Shown here one piece after another: positions 59,613 through 64,000 of a stretch of DNA of 64,000 bases (position 1 is the stretch's first letter; each line of letters begins with the position of its first letter). The notes under the pieces were generated by a model. The model searched no databases, had not been told where the DNA came from, and was given only the letters and a program-made list of their open reading frames with translations. The translations under genes were made by a program, and so were the position numbers. Source of the stretch: Candidatus Cloacimonadales bacterium (GTDB lineage Bacteria > Cloacimonadota > Cloacimonadia > Cloacimonadales > DAONDQ01); the NCBI GenBank assembly GCA_963662275.1, contig OY759316.1:672001-736000 (forward strand). Reading direction: 5' to 3'.

Positions 59613-60584
59613 ATGAAAGTTATTTTTTTAGTCCTGTGCTTCTTTTCTTTAGTTGCTTTGTTGAGTGCTACGGTTTGGCATGTAAATAATATACCACGGA
59701 TAATAGTAGATTTTATAAGCTTAACCGATGCCGTGAGCTGTATTGATGTTTTAAATGGGGACACTCTCTACGTATATGGTTCTCCAACCTCGTATGGGAC
59801 GATAACGATCAGCAAAGTTCTCACGATCATAGGTCCCGGCTATTTCCTCAATGAAAATGAAGGCTTACAGCAAAATATAAGTTCAGCTTATATTGATGTA
59901 ATTACTCTTAACACCGGAGCTATGGGTTCTGTAATATCCGGAATAAAAATTGGAACTCTTTCTGTTAACTGTAACGATGCAATTATCCAGCGTAATTATA
60001 TAAACACGATAAATATCACCTATACTGCCAATTGCATTATTATGCAAAATTACATTGAACAGGGTTCAAATGCAGTTAATATGAGTTCAGCCGTAAACTA
60101 TATTTTAGCTAATAATTATATAGGCTGGACGCCAGGCTACCGGGCAATGCAAATATATTATGCATCCAGTGGTTTGATTTACAACAATATTATCAATGGA
60201 ACATGTTCTATCAGAAATGCAGAAATGTATAACAACATCTTTATAGGAATTGGAAACCAGGGATGGTATAATTGGGATTATGTCAGTTCTTGCAGCATCC
60301 ATCATAACATCTTCGGCAGTGTACAATACTTCGACTGGACTGGTCGAATTACGGGAGAAGATAACCAAATTAATGTTTCAGCGCAAGTATTTCTAAACAC
60401 AGGAACCAGCGACGGAAGATTTCAATTATGCGAAGGTTCTCCAGCGATCAGTGCAGGAATGAACAATGTAGATTGTGGTATATATGGAAGACTTGCTCCT
60501 TATAAGCTATCAGGAATTCCAACAATCCCGACAATATATGAATTTGACGCACCTGTCACAGGATTTCAATCCCTGTGCACTTAG
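59613..60584 (+). CDS. Secreted parallel beta-helix protein
   Basis: Signal peptide; GDTLYV.GS; IIGPGY; Asn-ladder repeats; GSPAISAG...DCGIYG...PY.LSGIP. Confidence 0.75.
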   Translation: MKVIFLVLCFFSLVALLSATVWHVNNIPRIIVDFISLTDAVSCIDVLNGDTLYVYGSPTSYGTITISKVLTIIGPGYFLNENEGLQQNISSAYIDVITLNTGAMGSVISGIKIGTLSVNCNDAIIQRNYINTINITYTANCIIMQNYIEQGSNAVNMSSAVNYILANNYIGWTPGYRAMQIYYASSGLIYNNIINGTCSIRNAEMYNNIFIGIGNQGWYNWDYVSSCSIHHNIFGSVQYFDWTGRITGEDNQINVSAQVFLNTGTSDGRFQLCEGSPAISAGMNNVDCGIYGRLAPYKLSGIPTIPTIYEFDAPVTGFQSLCT

Positions 60585-60610
60585 GTACTCGCTCAAATAA
60601 TTAGGTTATC

Positions 60611-61468
60611 ATGCTTAAGTACATTCTGATCATACTTGTATTCAACCTGACGCTGTCCATCTTTGCACAGATCGTTAGGGTAGAATATTTCTTTGATGAC
60701 GATCCAGGTTTTGGTAATGCAACCGCTATAGCTTTTACGGGAACAACAGATATCAGTCTTAGCCCCGATATTTCAACTAATGCATTATCGATTGGATTGC
60801 ATTATTTGTATATCAGGTCTGAGGATTCCTCAGGCAAGTGGAGTTTATGTTCTTATAGACCCTATTTTAAAACAGACGCGAGTTTAAACAAGGTGGTCAA
60901 ATTCATATGGCATTTCACAGGTAGCGACGCTAACCCTGATGAAATTTTCAGTCATGTAATTACAACTCCGGCAAATGATTTAAGTATCGATATAGCGCCA
61001 TCGGTAAGTGCTTTAACTGAAGGTAATGAATATCAGATGCATTTTCAAGCTGTAAATAGCTTGGGACAGGCAAGTCAGGAATATGTATACTTTTTCACCA
61101 AAAACACTACTCCCAAGAACCTTACAATTGAAATAGACGGATCTTTGCTGACACTTTCCTGGGATATAATACCTGATGCTGATGAATACAAAGTTGAAAT
61201 TTTCCACAAACCAGGTACTTTGGAATCAAGTCATAATGTTTCGGAGAATATTTTCGCTTGGACCGTAAATGAGCCAGTACAATTGTTTGATGTCAAAGCA
61301 ATCAAAAACGATAGAGTCGCACGAAATAATCTTTACATGAAAGCTAAGAGTTTGGAGTTCAATTTCCCAAGCAAAACTATCAATATCCACCTGGGTAAAA
61401 GGGAAATTGGACTTCAAACCGTTTTTTTATTGTCGGTAGCGAAAACCTGTTTTCAGGGATGTTCATGA
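60611..61468 (+). CDS. Secreted hypothetical protein (EYFFD.DPG.G domain plus Fn3-like C-terminal domain); 3' end runs into a repeat
   Basis: Signal peptide; VEYFFDDDPGFG; GLHYLYIRS; PKNLTI....LSWD. Confidence 0.7.
   Translation: MLKYILIILVFNLTLSIFAQIVRVEYFFDDDPGFGNATAIAFTGTTDISLSPDISTNALSIGLHYLYIRSEDSSGKWSLCSYRPYFKTDASLNKVVKFIWHFTGSDANPDEIFSHVITTPANDLSIDIAPSVSALTEGNEYQMHFQAVNSLGQASQEYVYFFTKNTTPKNLTIEIDGSLLTLSWDIIPDADEYKVEIFHKPGTLESSHNVSENIFAWTVNEPVQLFDVKAIKNDRVARNNLYMKAKSLEFNFPSKTINIHLGKREIGLQTVFLLSVAKTCFQGCS
61337..61464 (+). repeat. MITE-like dispersed repeat, copy C (within the 3' end of a CDS)
   Basis: ATGAAAGCTAAGAGTTTGGAGTTCAA...GGTAGCGAAAACCTGTTT matches 37434-37550. Confidence 0.8.
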
Positions 61469-61683
61469 TACGACCTTGAACGAGAGACGGTTCATTGAGT
61501 GATTTCTCGGTCATTGAGCGTAGTCGAAATGTGAGAAATCGTATCGGAATGAGCTAATGTGATGCCAAGATTTCTTGTCTACTTTTTCCACTTTATTCTA
61601 AAGAATCTAACTATATATCCACTATCAATTCTGAACTCAAGGACGACTCAATACCACTTGATTGATACCAAGTTCAATCCACG

Positions 61684-61795
61684 TTCATACTAAGTTTATA
61701 CTAAGTTCATACCAATCTCTCGAAACAGGAATGAAACAGGATTGAAACAGGTATGAAACAGGATTGAAACTGGTATGAACTTGGTATAAATTAAG
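61684..61795. repeat. 11-bp tandem repeats (TGAAACAGG.A) with inverted flanking arms
   Basis: GAAACAGGAAT/GAAACAGGATT/GAAACAGGTAT units; AAGTTCATACCA pairs with TGGTATGAACTT. Confidence 0.8.
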
Positions 61796-62378
61796 TGGAA
61801 TCTTTTGGCAAAGTAGTTGGAACGCTGTTTTCAAACGGCTATGCATTTTCAAATGGCGAGATCGTAACATAATTTGGTAAATTGTTGTATTCGATAATGG
61901 TATTATCGAATTCTGCTTTTCATCGGGGATTACCAATAACCTCATACAACAAAATGCCATTTTATGTTGCTATACGATCATTTCCCATAGCTCACGCTAT
62001 GGGTTATTATCTGCCATCTCTACGAATTGGAAGGGAAGGATAGACACATGGGTCTATCCCTACTTCCATATTCCCTGACGTTTACACGTTAGCTATCGAA
62101 TTTCATCTCTCCGAGATTCATATACAGCATAAGGTATTCACAAATCATATTTATATTCTTTGATATATAAATATATAATTTGAGATGGAAAATGGAAGAT
62201 TTGCACAGCAGACGGAACGCCTCACCCCGTGAGGAGGCAAAACGCACCCTGTGCGTTTATGTTAATTTTCCCGGCGATACTTCAACTTCGCACAGTAACC
62301 GGACCTTCCCGTTTGTTAAAAAAGGAAGTCGATGGCAGAATTAGACCCCCCTACCCCCCTTCTCAAGGGGGGATTTTG

Positions 62379-64000
62379 GTTTGCCCAGAATGTTTTCTGC
62401 GCCGATGGACTGGAAGAAGTCCTGACACCTAATCAGCGGGAAGTCAACTCGAGGTCAAGGGCGTTGCCGGCAACGGCAGGGTCTGAAGTAAGACGCAGAG
62501 GGAATATGGAACATAGCGCAAGTGAACTGATGTTGGTTTGTAGAGTGGGTAACCTTTCTAAAAGTGGGAAAGCCCGAAAGCTGGATAACTCTACAGATTA
62601 TGACAGATGGCTTCATATTCAGGCAGGAAAACTTAACTGGGGAAGCCTGTTATTGTCTACTTAAGGTAGTAGCTTCGATCAAGTTGAAAGACAAGTGAGA
62701 AGCCAAGCGGTAGCAGGTGGCAGATGATTCCGTAGTAGTGATTAACCTTTTGCCTATGAAAGCTGGTGACAGTCTGGAGGATAAAACAAAAGGGACAGCA
62801 TTCACGGTAATGCTGAGTTCTGTATCTCAAAAGGCTACAGTTCATGCGAAGGGATGAAGATAATCCGAAGGCATGATTTGAAATGTGGAAAGTAATCGAT
62901 GAAAAGTGAGAAACGAAGGAAGAAGCTGAAATGCTTCGAGGCTCGGTTTGACAGTGGTGACGAACTTCCTTTCAAACCCGACCGCACGAGACTGAGTAAT
63001 CAGGGAAAGCTGACAAGCCGTAGTTTTGTCATATTGCTATATGCTAAAGAAGGCAGGACAACCTGATGAAGAGACAATCATCATCGATGAACACCTCAAG
63101 ACGAATCACAATGAGACAGGAAATGTCATGAGAAAATACTACAGCTTAATCGACAAGGTGTACTCCCTGCCCAACCTATATGCTTCCTTCACTTCGGTAA
63201 AACGAAATAAAGGTGCATCAGGCATTGATGGGCAGAGTATAGAAAACTTTGACGAACAACTGGCAGTGAACATCAACCAACTTCACGACGAACTAATGGC
63301 AGGTACTTACGAGCCATCACCTGTAAGGCGGTTAGAGATACCCAAACCCAATGGCAAAATGAGACCGCTAGGCATTCCAACGGTAAGAGACAGGGTAGTG
63401 CAGCAGGCAATCCTGAATATCATACAACCGATATTTGAGCCTGACTTCCATCCGTCCAGTTATGGCTACAGACCGCATCGGTCTTGCCAACATGCCGTAG
63501 CGAAAGCTCAGCGTTTTCTTACAGCGTACAATTTGGGTTATGCTGTGAATATGGACTTATCCAAATGTTTTGACACCTTAGACCACGAACTGATATTGAG
63601 CAGTCTGAACAGGAAAATCAGTGATGGAACACTCCTGAGGTTAATCCGCAGTTTTCTCAAATCAGGAGTAATGGTCGATGGGGATTTCAAAGCAACTGAG
63701 ATAGGCAGTCCACAAGGTGGGGTAATCTCACCCTTATTGATGAATATCTATCTGGATGAGTTTGACCAGAGGATGAAACAGCGGAACATCAGGATAGTAC
63801 GTTATGCTGATGACATCCTGATATTTGCTCCGACCAGGAAAAAGGCAGAGCAATATCAAAGGATAGCGACAGCGATACTTGAAGAACTTCGCTTGCAAGT
63901 CAATCTGGAAAAGACTCATATCAGCAGTGTCGAAACAGGAATCAGCTATCTGGGATTTTTCATCAAAGGAAGCCGTGTCTGCATCGACAAGGAGCGTTTG
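62379..64000 (+). mobile_element. Group II intron, class C-like, copy 2 (truncated by the window end)
   Basis: Colinear with copy 1 at a constant offset of 10,930 bp, with scattered substitutions; inserted 6 nt after the hairpin CCCCCCTT-CTC-AAGGGGGG. Confidence 0.9.
63128..64000 (+). CDS. ltrA: Group II intron RT/maturase, partial (runs off the window)
   Basis: Near-identical to 52198-53070, including YADD; missing from the ORF track because it has no stop codon in the window. Confidence 0.9.
   Translation, partial: MRKYYSLIDKVYSLPNLYASFTSVKRNKGASGIDGQSIENFDEQLAVNINQLHDELMAGTYEPSPVRRLEIPKPNGKMRPLGIPTVRDRVVQQAILNIIQPIFEPDFHPSSYGYRPHRSCQHAVAKAQRFLTAYNLGYAVNMDLSKCFDTLDHELILSSLNRKISDGTLLRLIRSFLKSGVMVDGDFKATEIGSPQGGVISPLLMNIYLDEFDQRMKQRNIRIVRYADDILIFAPTRKKAEQYQRIATAILEELRLQVNLEKTHISSVETGISYLGFFIKGSRVCIDKERL

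Noticed and set aside
63540..63560. D-to-N change (AVNMDLSK) inactivating the RT of copy 2
   Set aside because: The catalytic Asp in DLSKCFD and the YADD motif are intact

Overview
AT-rich bacterial chromosomal window. It most likely comes from a Cloacimonadota/FCB-group anaerobe, inferred from a secreted protein ending in TLPVELTSF...PNPFNP/FlgD-type C-terminal domains. In order it contains: an IS4-like element with a 14-bp target duplication; housekeeping genes (M48 peptidase, GNAT, Fe-ADH, DEAD-box helicase); a LamG secreted protein; tRNA-Ala(GGC); and a three-gene minus-strand cluster made of a small secreted protein, a ~2,900-aa modular surface protein and a tandem-cyclase/P-loop/TPR protein. 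It continues with a Hyf-like Ehr complex that lacks Ni ligands and is headed by an HTH-EIIA gene; a cluster with archaeal-type geranylgeranyl reductase, ferredoxin, polyprenol kinase and GT2; MacAB; TatD; an S1-domain protein; two direct-repeat group IIC-like introns with non-canonical GUUUG 5' ends; EIIA-CBS plus two ArsB/NhaD permeases; and MarR-flavodoxin. Intergenic DNA is unusually rich in heptamer and 11-mer tandem repeats, REP-like hairpins and a MITE-like family. The best candidates for poorly described biology are the GGR-ferredoxin-kinase lipid cluster and the surface-protein/cyclase cluster with its invariant SNLRIRNSSNS repeat. All calls come from reading motifs by eye; no database searches were run.
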